Origin: Rickettsia typhi
GTDB taxonomy: Bacteria > Pseudomonadota > Alphaproteobacteria > Rickettsiales > UBA1997
Direction of reading: 5' to 3'
Assembly (NCBI GenBank): GCA_945865905.1
Contig: CAMBFC010000007.1
Coordinates: 7,706 to 71,705, forward strand
Length of the DNA: 64,000 nucleotides
Position numbers and translations under genes: made by a program. Position 1 is the first letter of the stretch; each line of letters begins with the position of its first letter. This document shows positions 29,162-39,543 of this stretch, piece after piece. Under the pieces are notes generated by a model that saw nothing but the letters and a program-made list of their open reading frames with translations, had not been told where the DNA came from and searched no databases.

Positions 29162-31666
29162 ATGAAGAAAAAAATTGTTACTCGCATAAAAAAAATTAAA
29201 AATTTAGCGCGCCTAATCAAAAGAAATGCCAAGAGAAAAATCACCGCTACTAAAACTTTAGAGCGTAGTGTAAAAAAAGAAGCGGCTAAAAAAGCAGCGC
29301 TAAAGCAAACAAAAAAAGTTGTGCAGATTAAAAAAACTGCTGCAAAAAAAGGTGTAAAAGCAGTTGTTAAAGTTGTAGCAAAAAATACGAAGAAAGCTGC
29401 AGCGCCAGTTAAATCAAAGGCTAAAGCTGTAACAAAAATTTTGCCAAAAGCTAAAATTGTTGCAAAAAAAATAGTAGATAAAAAAGGTGTTGTATCAAAA
29501 AATCTAGCAAAAAATTCTGCTAAAGGTGCAGAAAAAAACTTTGCTAAAACAGCGACAAAGGCTGGGGCAAAAGTGATTGCAAAATCTGAAATTAAAAAAA
29601 TATCCAAAGCTGAATCAAAAGCGCCATCAAAGGCCGAATTTAAGGCGATACAAAAAACTGAATCAAAAATAGCGCCAAAAGCTATCTCAAAAAAAGAAGA
29701 GCAAAAATTAATTATTGCAGAAAAAAAATCGCAATTAGTTGAAAGTGCTAAGCCGCAAACCACTAAGGATGAGGATAAGAGATTATCTAGTGAACTTTCA
29801 GAAAAATTAAAAAAATTACTTACACTTGGCAAATCGCAAGGGTTTTTAACCTATGATCAGATCAATGAGAGCATGGATTCAGATGTTGATCCTGATAAAA
29901 TGGAGCGCATTCTTGATGTTTTGACCGAGTTCAAAATTAACATTGTTGAAAAAGAAGAGGATCTTGAAAAGCTCATCGAGGATGGTGTAATTGGCAAAGA
30001 TGAAGAGAAAAGCCAAAAGCGCAGTGAAGATTCAGTTAAAACTTATTTAAAGTCGATGAGCACGGTAAAATTGCTTACTCGTGAAGATGAAGTTTCTATT
30101 GCGATGCGTATTGAAGATGGTCGCAACAAAACCGTGAAGGCGCTTTATCAAAGCCCGATTATCATGAAGCATTTTATTGAATGGTATAATGGTCTTTCTG
30201 AAGGCACGATTTTATTGCGCGATATTATTCGTATCGATGAAACCTATAATTCTGAATTAGAAGAATTAATTAAAAATAATGATCAACAGGCCACCGCTAA
30301 TGCTGAGGCGCATGCCCATAGTGATGATGATATTACTTCAATAATTCATGATGTTGGTGAGGCGCAAGAAGATTCGTTTTTTGAAGATGAAGAGCTGGAA
30401 GAAATTGATGAAAGTGTGGTTTCATTTGTTTCGATGGAACGAATTTTGATGCCAAAAATGCTTGATTTGTTTCAAAGAATTGCAGTTGTTTGCCAAAAAA
30501 TTATTGATAAATCAGAAACCAAAACTGCCTCTGATGCCAAGAAAGACAAGGATATTATCAAGTTAAAAGATGAATTCGAAAAACTCGCTGCCGAAGTTAG
30601 TTTTAATGATTCGCTGATTAAAGCCTTGGTTGATCAACTTTATGAAGGTCACAAAAAAGTTATTGATAGTGAGGTTTCTTTATTGCAGCTTTCGCGCCTT
30701 TACCACATTGAGCGCACAGACTTTTTAAAACAATATCTGGCAACTGCTGGTTTTGATTTGGTAAAAAATTTCGCCAAAAGCAAAGATAAAAAATGGCAAG
30801 ATTTTGCTACAAAAGAAGAAGAAAAAATCAACGAAATTCAAGCAAAAATCGGCAAAATTGCACGAATTATTGGTCTTGAATTGCCCGAATTTAAAGTGTT
30901 AATCAATGAAATTCGCAAAAGCCAAGATGGCGAATTAAAAGCGAAAAAAGAAATGATTGAAGCCAACTTGCGTTTGGTGGTTTCGATTGCAAAAAAATAC
31001 ACAAATCGTGGATTGCAATTTTTGGATTTGATTCAAGAAGGCAATATTGGCTTGATGCGCGCAGTGGATAAATTTGAATATCGTCGCGGTTATAAATTTT
31101 CTACTTATGCTACTTGGTGGATTCGTCAAGCGATTACTCGTGCGATTGCAGATCAATCACGCACAATCAGAATTCCGATTCACATGGTTGAAACCATCAA
31201 CAAAATTGTGAAGACTTCGCGCCAACTTACGCAAGAGCTTGGCCGCACACCTGATGCACAAGAAATTGCCGATAAATTATTGATGCCCGTCGATAAAGTT
31301 CGTAAAGTTTTGCGCACTTCAAAAGACCCAATCAGCTTAGAGTCTCCTGTTTCGGGCGATGATGAAGATTCGATTCTTGGTGACTTTATTGAAGATAAAA
31401 CGGCGGTGTTACCTTTTGATGCTGCTTCGCATTCTAAATTAAAAGAAATGACAGCGCAGATGCTTTCATCGCTAACTCCGAGAGAAGAGCGAGTGCTGCG
31501 CATGCGCTTTGGCATTGGAATGGTGACCGATCACACTTTGGAAGAAGTTGGTCGTCAGTTTTCAGTTACTCGTGAGCGGATTCGTCAGATTGAAGCGAAA
31601 GCTTTGAAGAAATTGCAGCATCCGAAACGCGCGAAATTGTTGAAGAATTTCTTGCAGGATGTTTAA
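29162..31666 (+). CDS. rpoD: RNA polymerase sigma-70 factor RpoD with ~200-aa Lys/Ala-rich N-terminal extension
   Basis: Region 2 [24 protein letters not shown], region 4.2 [24 protein letters not shown]. The stop-free extension precedes region 1.1 ([10 protein letters not shown]). Confidence 0.93.
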   Translation: MKKKIVTRIKKIKNLARLIKRNAKRKITATKTLERSVKKEAAKKAALKQTKKVVQIKKTAAKKGVKAVVKVVAKNTKKAAAPVKSKAKAVTKILPKAKIVAKKIVDKKGVVSKNLAKNSAKGAEKNFAKTATKAGAKVIAKSEIKKISKAESKAPSKAEFKAIQKTESKIAPKAISKKEEQKLIIAEKKSQLVESAKPQTTKDEDKRLSSELSEKLKKLLTLGKSQGFLTYDQINESMDSDVDPDKMERILDVLTEFKINIVEKEEDLEKLIEDGVIGKDEEKSQKRSEDSVKTYLKSMSTVKLLTREDEVSIAMRIEDGRNKTVKALYQSPIIMKHFIEWYNGLSEGTILLRDIIRIDETYNSELEELIKNNDQQATANAEAHAHSDDDITSIIHDVGEAQEDSFFEDEELEEIDESVVSFVSMERILMPKMLDLFQRIAVVCQKIIDKSETKTASDAKKDKDIIKLKDEFEKLAAEVSFNDSLIKALVDQLYEGHKKVIDSEVSLLQLSRLYHIERTDFLKQYLATAGFDLVKNFAKSKDKKWQDFATKEEEKINEIQAKIGKIARIIGLELPEFKVLINEIRKSQDGELKAKKEMIEANLRLVVSIAKKYTNRGLQFLDLIQEGNIGLMRAVDKFEYRRGYKFSTYATWWIRQAITRAIADQSRTIRIPIHMVETINKIVKTSRQLTQELGRTPDAQEIADKLLMPVDKVRKVLRTSKDPISLESPVSGDDEDSILGDFIEDKTAVLPFDAASHSKLKEMTAQMLSSLTPREERVLRMRFGIGMVTDHTLEEVGRQFSVTRERIRQIEAKALKKLQHPKRAKLLKNFLQDV

Positions 31667-31687
31667 TTTTTTGTAGTTGAATTAAAT

Positions 31688-31726
31688 AAAAAGCCTCATC
31701 TTTTTATAAAAGTTGGGGCTTTTTTT
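31688..31726. terminator. Bidirectional hairpin terminator between rpoD (+) and purK (-)
   Basis: AAAAGCCTCA...TGGGGCTTTT stem flanked by an A-run and a T-run; overlaps the purK stop codon. Confidence 0.6.
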
Positions 31727-32855
31727 ATGGGTGATTTTTTAAGATATTGATGTGTCCCATTTTTCTTCCGGCCTTTGCTTCGAGTTTACCATAAAGATGT
31801 ATCTTCGAATTTTTGTCAATCAAAAAATCCCCCAAATTATTTACTTCATCGCCGATTAAATTTTTCATAAACCCTTGCGAATGAAATTTTGTAGAGCCTA
31901 GGGGCAAGCCAGTTATGGCGCGGGCTAGCTGTTCAAATTGCGAAGTAATCGCGGCATCCATCGAAAAATGGCCAGAATTATGTGGGCGAGGGGCGAGTTC
32001 ATTAACCAGCAGCGACCCATCATTCATCACAAAAAATTCAACCGCCAACACGCCTTTTAAATCAAGGCTTTGCACAATTTTAGTGGCGATTTCTTCAGCA
32101 GTATTTTTTGTTGCGGCAGAAATTTTTGCGGGATAGGTGCTGCTATCTAAAATGCCATTTTTATGAACATTGGTGAGTGGCTCGTAGCAAGCGATTTCGC
32201 CATTTATAGAACGCGCGACAATCACTGAAATTTCGCTGGTGAAAGGACAGAATTTTTCGAGGATTAGCGGAGGTAAATTATTTTTTGCTGAAAAATTACC
32301 AGCATTTAGTGAGGAAGTTTCAGTGGCGGAATTTTGTAAAATTTTTGTCCAAGCATCTTGCGCCGAAGCTTCATTTTCTAGCACAAACTGGCCTTTTCCA
32401 TCATATCCCATCGTCGCAGTTTTTAACACCGCTTTGCCGAATTTTTTTAATCCATCGAGCAAATTTTCTAAAGTTTTTATTTCTGCAAATTCAGCAGTGG
32501 CAATGCCAATTTTATTTAAAAAAGATTTTTCAAGAATGCGATGTTGAGTAATTTTTAAAACTTGCGCACTAGGATAAACAGGCTTAATAGCGTTTAAAAA
32601 TTCAACGCTTGCAACTGGAATATTTTCAAACTCAAAAGTTGCAACATCGATTAAATTAGCGAATTTTTGCAACGCATTTTTGTCATCATAATTGGCGATA
32701 ATACTAGAATCGGTAACCTGAATTGCGGGTGAATCAATTTTATCAGCGAAAATTATGGTTTTGTAGCCTAAGGCCTGCGCAGCTTGTGCTGTCATGCGTC
32801 CGAGCTGTCCACCGCCGATGATTCCGATGGTTAATGGTTTAATGTGTTTAAGCAT
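31725..32855 (-). CDS. purK: N5-carboxyaminoimidazole ribonucleotide synthase
   Basis: ATP-grasp protein of 376 aa, with IGIIGGGQLGRM N-terminus and PRPHNSGH motif. Confidence 0.9.
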   Translation of the reverse strand: MLKHIKPLTIGIIGGGQLGRMTAQAAQALGYKTIIFADKIDSPAIQVTDSSIIANYDDKNALQKFANLIDVATFEFENIPVASVEFLNAIKPVYPSAQVLKITQHRILEKSFLNKIGIATAEFAEIKTLENLLDGLKKFGKAVLKTATMGYDGKGQFVLENEASAQDAWTKILQNSATETSSLNAGNFSAKNNLPPLILEKFCPFTSEISVIVARSINGEIACYEPLTNVHKNGILDSSTYPAKISAATKNTAEEIATKIVQSLDLKGVLAVEFFVMNDGSLLVNELAPRPHNSGHFSMDAAITSQFEQLARAITGLPLGSTKFHSQGFMKNLIGDEVNNLGDFLIDKNSKIHLYGKLEAKAGRKMGHINILKNHP

Positions 32856-32962
32856 TTTTAAATTTAATATCTGCTATAAAGCCACAGAGGAGTAGGATGA
32901 TTTTATAATAATATAACAAATAAATGTCTCTATTTCAAGCGAAGAATTTTGGCTGATAATAA

Positions 32963-33655
32963 TTAAGCATAAAGCACATAGCCTTGATTTCTAACAGTCT
33001 GTAAAAACTGCGGCTGTTTTGGATTGACCTCAATTTTTCTGCGCAAGCGCGTAATTTGCACATCAATACTGCGAGCGTCGATATTTCCGCAAAGCTCAGA
33101 AAGCTTATCACGCATGACCGCAACACCTTTTTGCTTGCACAAAATTGCCAGAATTTTTGCCTCGCTTTCAGTGAGATGGATAAATTCATCGCCTTTTTTC
33201 AAGCGCGATTGAGCGAAAGCAAAGGTAAAATTGCCGAATTGGCAAGAATCTTGTGATGGCACAGAAGCTTTCTCCACCTGCTTTGAAGCTGTAAAATGTC
33301 GTTTTAAAATATTGTTAATACGCAATAATAATTCTTTTGGATCAAAGGGTTTTGCCAGATAATCATCTGCTCCAACTTCTAAACCTATAATGCGATCTGA
33401 AGGCTCTCCTCTAGCGGTTAAAATCAGAATTGGCGTTGATGAAGTAGTGCGAAAAGAACTAGTAAAATCAATGCCATTTTCTTCTGGCATCATAACATCG
33501 ACGATCAATAAATCAAAATCAGTGTGAGAGATCAATTGGCGGGCTTCTATAGTATCTTTTGCCAATGATACTTGAAAACCATTTTCATCTAAAAATTTTC
33601 CAAGTAAATTACGCAAGCGTGTGTCATCATCAATTACTAATAAATGTTTTTTCAT
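32963..33655 (-). CDS. OmpR-family two-component response regulator
   Basis: Receiver domain (LVIDDD, LLIVDVMMP, KPF) plus winged-helix output (VDVQITRLRRKIE, VRNQGYVL). Confidence 0.9.
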   Translation of the reverse strand: MKKHLLVIDDDTRLRNLLGKFLDENGFQVSLAKDTIEARQLISHTDFDLLIVDVMMPEENGIDFTSSFRTTSSTPILILTARGEPSDRIIGLEVGADDYLAKPFDPKELLLRINNILKRHFTASKQVEKASVPSQDSCQFGNFTFAFAQSRLKKGDEFIHLTESEAKILAILCKQKGVAVMRDKLSELCGNIDARSIDVQITRLRRKIEVNPKQPQFLQTVRNQGYVLYA

Positions 33656-33673
33656 AATTTTTTTAAATTTTAA

Positions 33674-34759
33674 ATGCCACTATATCTAGCAAAGCGCATT
33701 TTATTAATTTTTCCAACATTATTTTTGATAATGTTGATAAATTTCATGATTATTCAAACTGCTCCGGGAGGGCCAGTGGAACAATTTTTGGCCAAGCTTA
33801 ATCACGCTAATCATGCGAGCTCAGAAAGCGCCTCTGCCGATGGGATGAAGCAAAATATTTCAATCGACACCATCGGAGATGCCAAATATCGCGGCGCTGA
33901 AGGTGTTGATCCTGAAATTGTAAAAAAAATCGAACAGCTTTATGGTTTCGACAAACCTTTGTGGCAACGCTTTTGGTTGATGATGAAAAAGTTTTTATTT
34001 TTTGATTTTGGTGATAGTTTTTATCAGGATAAAAAAGTAGTTGATTTGGTTTTAGAAAAGCTGCCAGTCTCGATTTCTCTAGGTCTGTGGACAACATTGT
34101 TGGTCTATCTAATTTCAATTCCGCTCGGAATAAAAAAAGCCACCAGAGATGGTTCAAAATTTGATTTTTGGAGCAGCGTGGTTGTAAGCTTAGGCCATGC
34201 AATCCCCTCATTTTTATTTGCAATTTTGTTAATTGTGCTTTTTGCTGGCGGCAATTTTTGGAACATTTTTCCACTGCGCGGCCTTATCTCTGAAGATTTC
34301 TCGCAATTTTCTTGGTGGCATAAAATTCTCGATTATTTTTGGCATTTAACTTTGCCAATAATCGCTATGGTCATAGGCGGCTTTGCCTCGCTAACATTTT
34401 TTTGCAAAAATTCTTTCCTTGAAGAAATCAATAAACAATATGTTCTAACCGCTTACGCCAAGGGATTAACCCAACAGCAAGTTTTATATAATCATGTTTT
34501 TCGTAATGCGATGATGATAGTGATAGCGGGCATTCCCGCTGCTTTTATCGGCATTTTGTTTACTGGATCGATGCTGATTGAGATTATTTTTTCGCTTAAT
34601 GGGATAGGGCTTATGGGCTACGAGGCGGCAGTTTCGCGCGATTATCCGGTGATGTTTGGCACGCTTTATTGCTTTACTTTAATTGGATTAATTGTTAATA
34701 TTATTAGCGATTTGACCTACAAACTAGTGGATCCACGCATTAGTTTTGCACGGTTTTAG
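33674..34759 (+). CDS. yejB: ABC transporter permease, YejB-like
   Basis: N-terminus YLAKRILLIFPTLFLIMLINFMIIQTAPGGPVEQ plus an OppB/YejB-type EAA region (TAYAKGLTQQQVLYNHVFRNA). Confidence 0.78.
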   Translation: MPLYLAKRILLIFPTLFLIMLINFMIIQTAPGGPVEQFLAKLNHANHASSESASADGMKQNISIDTIGDAKYRGAEGVDPEIVKKIEQLYGFDKPLWQRFWLMMKKFLFFDFGDSFYQDKKVVDLVLEKLPVSISLGLWTTLLVYLISIPLGIKKATRDGSKFDFWSSVVVSLGHAIPSFLFAILLIVLFAGGNFWNIFPLRGLISEDFSQFSWWHKILDYFWHLTLPIIAMVIGGFASLTFFCKNSFLEEINKQYVLTAYAKGLTQQQVLYNHVFRNAMMIVIAGIPAAFIGILFTGSMLIEIIFSLNGIGLMGYEAAVSRDYPVMFGTLYCFTLIGLIVNIISDLTYKLVDPRISFARF

Positions 34760-34762
34760 TTT

Positions 34763-34875
34763 TTTAGATTGTGCCTCACAGATAAATTATTGAGCGGAGG
34801 TCATTTTATTTCGCACGCAAGCACAGCTACATAAAACGACCTTCGCTCAATAATTTATCTGTAACGAAAAGTGCG
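34763..34875 (+). repeat. Family-A hairpin repeat, copy A3
   Basis: Degenerate terminus TTTTAGATTG. Hairpin 34778-34862 has 31-nt arms with two transition mismatches around ATTTCGCACGCAAGCACAGCTACAT. Tail TAACG. Confidence 0.88.
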
Positions 34876-34903
34876 TAAAAAGTTTGGTGAATAAAAAAAT
34901 AAA

Positions 34904-36019
34904 ATGAAAAACCTAATAGGATTAACCAAAGAGCAACTAACGCAAGAGCTTATAAACATTGGCGAGAAGCCCTTTCGTGCCGCGCAAATTTGGAATTGGA
35001 TTTATGTTCGTGGTGTGCAAGATTTTTCTGCGATGAGCAACATTTCGAAGGCGACGCAAGAAGTTTTGGCAAAAAATTTTACCCTAGCGCGGCCCATGAT
35101 CCACAAGGATTTGCTCGCTTCTGATGGCACAAGAAAATGGCTGGTAAAATTTGCCGATGGCAATCAAGTTGAGGCAGTTTTTATTCCTGAAGAAACTCGC
35201 GGCACGCTCTGCATCTCGTCGCAAGTCGGTTGCACTTTGGCTTGCAAATTTTGTCATACTGGCACGCAAACTTTGGTGCGCAACCTTGAAGCCTCTGAAA
35301 TTGTGGGTCAAATCATGATCGCTAAAGATTTATTGGATGATTGGAAAAAAATCGGTGTTGGCGATGTAGCAGCTTCACCATCGCGGCAAAAAATCACCAA
35401 TGTAGTGTTTATGGGCATGGGCGAGCCTTTTTATAATTATGAAAATGTTGCCGCAACCGCAAAAATCCTTAATAATGCCGATGGCTTGAGTTTATCTTCG
35501 CGAAGAATCACAATTTCTACTTCGGGCTTAGTGCCAGAAATTTTACGCATGTCAAAAGAGCTAAAAACTGCTCTAGCAATATCGCTGCACGCCACGAATG
35601 ACGAGCTTAGAACCAATATTATGGCGATCAATAAAAGATACCCTCTCGATGAATTAATGAAGGCCTGCAAAATTTATAACAATGAAAATCCGGGGCAAAA
35701 AGTTACTTTTGAATATGTGTTGCTGCGCGATGTTAATGATCGCGATGAACATGCGCGCGAGCTGATTTCACTGATTAATAAATATAATTTAAATGCTAAA
35801 ATAAACCTGATTCCATTTAATCCGTGGATGTCTTGCGGCTATGAAAGATCTAGCGATGAACGCATTGCGCAATTTCAAAAAATTCTGAAAAATAGTGATG
35901 TAGTGGCGCCAATTCGCAAAACTCGTGGTGATGATGTGATGGCGGCTTGCGGTCAGTTAAAATCTGATTCGCAGCGCATTTCTAAGCGCCAAAAAAAAGA
36001 TGATGTGGTTGGTGGTTGA
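34904..36019 (+). CDS. rlmN: 23S rRNA/tRNA adenine-C2 methyltransferase RlmN (radical SAM)
   Basis: FRAAQIWNWIY N-terminus, radical-SAM cluster CTLACKFCHTG, C-terminal AACGQL. Confidence 0.93.
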   Translation: MKNLIGLTKEQLTQELINIGEKPFRAAQIWNWIYVRGVQDFSAMSNISKATQEVLAKNFTLARPMIHKDLLASDGTRKWLVKFADGNQVEAVFIPEETRGTLCISSQVGCTLACKFCHTGTQTLVRNLEASEIVGQIMIAKDLLDDWKKIGVGDVAASPSRQKITNVVFMGMGEPFYNYENVAATAKILNNADGLSLSSRRITISTSGLVPEILRMSKELKTALAISLHATNDELRTNIMAINKRYPLDELMKACKIYNNENPGQKVTFEYVLLRDVNDRDEHARELISLINKYNLNAKINLIPFNPWMSCGYERSSDERIAQFQKILKNSDVVAPIRKTRGDDVMAACGQLKSDSQRISKRQKKDDVVGG

Positions 36020-36160
36020 AAAAGATGGGGATGGGAGTTGGATTGGGATGCTCTGCTGCTCAGACACCGCGCCCATCTGATTTAAGCAAGCGTAGCTTGC
36101 GATGGGACGCAGAACTCGCCTCAGAGCATCCCAATCCAACTCCCATCCCCATCTTTTTCA
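36017..36160 (+). repeat. Family-B hairpin repeat, copy B5 (perfect 39-nt arms; left arm starts on the rlmN stop codon)
   Basis: TGAAAAAGATGGGGATGGGAGTTGGATTGGGATGCTCTG ... core ... CAGAGCATCCCAATCCAACTCCCATCCCCATCTTTTTCA. Confidence 0.92.
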
Positions 36161-36275
36161 ATTCTATTTTTTTTGGCAAAAAAATAGAAGATTAAATAAA
36201 GATTGTTATTTGCTTTTACAAATTCCTATAATTAATTTCGACTTAATAGTTATTGAATAATTAATTAAAATTTTT

Positions 36276-38174
36276 ATGTCAAAAGCCCATCAAGATTTAT
36301 CTGTTGCAGCCCTGCCAGCAAAAATTCCATCTCCTGATGAATTAGCGACAATTATGGAGGCTAATTCTAACTCTTCAGAGGCAGATAAAGCTAGGGAGGG
36401 TTGGATCATGAGTGTTTCTAAAACCTTCTGCGCAGCAACTGCTGCCTTAATGGCTGCTGATGGAAAATTTGGTGATAAGAAAATGAATGCGACTGTGTTC
36501 GATATTTTGGATGAAGCAGAAAAAGAACATCCCGATCGAAAACAAAAAATAGCAGAATATAGAGAAATGATTCGAGCCAAAGGCTGCGGCGATGTAACAA
36601 TGTCGCAGCTTTTAAGTCATAGAAGCGGCTTAACTCAAGGCAATCATTATTTTATGCCGGGTAATTTTAGTAATGTTGAACTTTTTACTGAGTCTTATGA
36701 ATATGAAGACCCAAAAACGAAACTTCCAAAAAAGTCGGCAATTGTTACTTTCGATCCCGCTAAAAGAGGCAATGTTTTTAGCTATTGCAACCTTGGTTTT
36801 GTGCTAGCTGAAGATATGATGAGCCTTGTTGCAGATTCTGAACAAGGCTATTATGGAGAACTGCAGAACAGAATTACAAATCCTCAAAATTCTCTTGGTC
36901 TAAAACATACTAAATCAATATACGAATCAGATGAATCAAAAAAAGCTGCTAGTGAAGTTGTTAAGATTAAAGGCGCAATGTATGACTGGGGAGTTAAATC
37001 AGAAGAGACTGTTGAGCTTGATCCTTTGAAAACTACACAAAAAGGAAGCATAGCTCTTTCTGAGGGAGGTTTATGCTCAAGCGTTGGCGATCTTGAGACA
37101 TTCTATACCGAATTATCAAAATTGGCCTGCGGAATTCCAAATCTTTTGCAAACAGATCCTGCAAAAACGAGAGAAATTCACGGATTTTATCTTGATGCTT
37201 ATAAGGCGGGAGAAAAGTGTAAATCTGATTCGAATCGTGAATTATCCGTGTATTGTGCCAACCATTATTCTCTCGGCGTTATTATCGAAGCTGTTGATGA
37301 AAAAGGAAATGTAATTCCGGCTCGTGGCAATGAAGGCAAAACTCAAATTCGTTTTAATCATCTCGGAAATCAACCGGGAAATGATGCGGCAGTAAGCGCT
37401 ACAATGCCATTTTCTTTCGCAGAATTTACATCTGGAACTGCAGATTTAAAAAAAGGTGCAAGCCCTAAATTAGATGCGTCTATAAGTCAGAAAGATGTGC
37501 TTGCCAAAGATTCTCTGCTTACAATCGTAAACTGTGACTATATCGCAGAAATTGATAAATATTTTTCTAGTAAATGTGATAAAAAAACGGATAAGCATTA
37601 TAATGATGTCGATGATGAAGGTTATAATTGGCGAACATATAATCAATATTGGGAAGCGGCTCGCACAGGCAAACCTGTAGCTCAGGCTTGGCAAGCCGCC
37701 TTAACTGATGGAGACAGATTGCCATCAAACTTTAGTGAATTTCACGATGAGATTTGTGCGGCATATGCTCCAGCTAATGAAGCTTTGGCCACTTATTTTA
37801 AAGAACATTTTTGTAATGAAGATGGAGTTGTGGATAGAGCTAAAGTTAAAGAAAAACTTAAAACTGCCGCAGATTTTGAAGCAGTTAAAAAAGATATGGG
37901 TATTGAACCATTGTTGCAAACAGCGAGAGAGAAAACTCAGGAAATTTTCGCAAAATCCGATGAGCAGTTGAGATTAGAAACATTAGAAAGGCAAAACAAA
38001 ATAAAGCTGTCAAAAGCTGTTGCAACTAGCTTTGTAGAAGCTTTTGCGGATAAAATGCAACCAGATGATGAAAGAAGTTTTGTCGAAAGACTAAATCTTA
38101 AACCGACAGATCATAAATCAAGGGTCACTTCGGAAAGACTTAGCGATTCTGGATCAACGCCGCCACCTCATTAA
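36276..38174 (+). CDS. Serine hydrolase of the beta-lactamase/family-VIII esterase fold with ~230-aa unknown C-terminal extension
   Basis: S-x-x-K at SVSK (res 46-49), LLSHRSGL, Y-x-N at YCN. No signal peptide is visible. 632 aa. Confidence 0.6.
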   Translation: MSKAHQDLSVAALPAKIPSPDELATIMEANSNSSEADKAREGWIMSVSKTFCAATAALMAADGKFGDKKMNATVFDILDEAEKEHPDRKQKIAEYREMIRAKGCGDVTMSQLLSHRSGLTQGNHYFMPGNFSNVELFTESYEYEDPKTKLPKKSAIVTFDPAKRGNVFSYCNLGFVLAEDMMSLVADSEQGYYGELQNRITNPQNSLGLKHTKSIYESDESKKAASEVVKIKGAMYDWGVKSEETVELDPLKTTQKGSIALSEGGLCSSVGDLETFYTELSKLACGIPNLLQTDPAKTREIHGFYLDAYKAGEKCKSDSNRELSVYCANHYSLGVIIEAVDEKGNVIPARGNEGKTQIRFNHLGNQPGNDAAVSATMPFSFAEFTSGTADLKKGASPKLDASISQKDVLAKDSLLTIVNCDYIAEIDKYFSSKCDKKTDKHYNDVDDEGYNWRTYNQYWEAARTGKPVAQAWQAALTDGDRLPSNFSEFHDEICAAYAPANEALATYFKEHFCNEDGVVDRAKVKEKLKTAADFEAVKKDMGIEPLLQTAREKTQEIFAKSDEQLRLETLERQNKIKLSKAVATSFVEAFADKMQPDDERSFVERLNLKPTDHKSRVTSERLSDSGSTPPPH

Positions 38175-38198
38175 CTTTTTTTAAAAATTCTCAAGAAA

Positions 38199-38340
38199 GG
38201 CTGAAGAGTCAGTTAGGTAATGCTTGAATGCGAGTTCCATTTTCATCGCAAGCTACGCTTGCTTTAATTCAGATGAAAAGGGTGTCTGAGCAGGCGAGTA
38301 TTACCTAACTGGCTCTTCAGCCGAGGGCAAGATCTATAGT
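38199..38340 (-). repeat. Family-B hairpin repeat, copy B6 (degenerate core) plus degenerate terminus
   Basis: Arms GGCTGAAGAGTCAGTTAGGTAATGCT/AGTATTACCTAACTGGCTCTTCAGCC (two transitions). Apical core CATCGCAAGCTACGCTTGCTTTAATTCAGATG is retained. Tail CCGAGGGCAAGATCTA. Confidence 0.8.
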
Positions 38341-38347
38341 TTAACAA

Positions 38348-39484
38348 TTAAAAAAACTTCTTAAAAAAGTTATCCGCCTTAGAATCATCAGCTTTATCGC
38401 CCACAAGATCATCCAACTTCACTAGCAAAGATTTTTCTTCCGCACTTAGTTTTTTAGGCACAGCGATAAATACTTTTATAAACATATCGCCCCTACGGCC
38501 ACCTGAGCTCAACACGGTCATCCCTTTGCCTTTAAGACGAAATTGTTGCCCAGTTTGCGTGCCCTCAGGAATCTGCAATTTAGCTTTGCTATCATCAATT
38601 ATCGGAACTTCAAGCGAGCCACCTAGCGCCGCGGTAGTAAATTTAATCGGAATTTCACAATAAATATCATCACCATCGCGATTAAAAAACCCGTGTTTTT
38701 TGATTGAAACAAAAACATAAAGATCGCCCGCAGGACCGCCACGAGAGCCTGCTTCGCCCTCACCAGAAAGTCTAATTTTATTGCCATCATCAACCCCAGC
38801 AGGGATTTTAACTGCCAATTTCTTCTCTTTATTAACGCGACCCTCTCCGCGACATGTTTTGCAGGGATTCTTAATAATTTGTCCGCTGCCATTACAAGTG
38901 CCACAAGTGCGCTCAACAATAAAAAAGCCCTGTTGCATACGCACTTTGCCAGAACCCTGACAGGTGTTGCAATCTGATGGCTTATCACCATTTTCGCTAC
39001 CAAGGCCATTGCAAGTGCCGCATTGCGAAGGAATAGAGAAGGAAATATTTTTTGTAACGCCAGAAAAAGCCTCGCTGAGGGTGATTTCGATATTATAGCG
39101 CACATCAGAGCCCCGAATTGCCGAACTTTTCTTTTTGCCTTGCCTAGAGCCGCCCATTTCACCGAAAATATCGCTAAAATTGCTGAAAATATCGTTAAAA
39201 TCGAAGCCAGAAAAATCATTGCCTTGGCCTTGACCGCCGCGCCCACCGCCAAATCCGCCTTGCCCAGCCTCATGGCCATAGGTATCATAGCCAGCGCGTT
39301 TTTGGGCATCTTTTAGCACTTCGTAGGCCTCTGTCGCTTCTTTGAATTTTTTTTCAGCCTCAGGGTTGCCGGGGTTGCGATCAGGGTGATGTTGCATTGC
39401 CAACTTGCGATAAGCTTTTTTTATCTCATCATCAGAAGCTTTTTTGCCAACGCCTAAAATTTCGTAATAGTCTCTTTTGCTCAT
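38348..39484 (-). CDS. dnaJ: Molecular chaperone DnaJ
   Basis: J-domain with HPDRNPG, G/F-rich linker, four CxxCxGxG zinc repeats. Confidence 0.95.
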   Translation of the reverse strand: MSKRDYYEILGVGKKASDDEIKKAYRKLAMQHHPDRNPGNPEAEKKFKEATEAYEVLKDAQKRAGYDTYGHEAGQGGFGGGRGGQGQGNDFSGFDFNDIFSNFSDIFGEMGGSRQGKKKSSAIRGSDVRYNIEITLSEAFSGVTKNISFSIPSQCGTCNGLGSENGDKPSDCNTCQGSGKVRMQQGFFIVERTCGTCNGSGQIIKNPCKTCRGEGRVNKEKKLAVKIPAGVDDGNKIRLSGEGEAGSRGGPAGDLYVFVSIKKHGFFNRDGDDIYCEIPIKFTTAALGGSLEVPIIDDSKAKLQIPEGTQTGQQFRLKGKGMTVLSSGGRRGDMFIKVFIAVPKKLSAEEKSLLVKLDDLVGDKADDSKADNFFKKFF

Positions 39485-39543
39485 TTTATGTTAAAAAAAA
39501 TCGAATTTCAGTTTAGATAATTATCCTAATGTGGTTTTACAAG

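Noticed and set aside
29146-29832. 228-aa ORF on the minus strand opposite the 5' end of rpoD
   Set aside because: It is the mirror image of the Lys/Ala-rich low-complexity region (AAA/GCN codons read backwards give Phe/Ala runs). It has no independent signal, and the sense frame continues into bona fide RpoD.
38623-39309. 228-aa ORF in an alternative frame inside dnaJ
   Set aside because: It lies entirely inside the well-supported dnaJ reading frame. Its composition reflects the Gly/Cys-rich repeats. It is a frame artefact.
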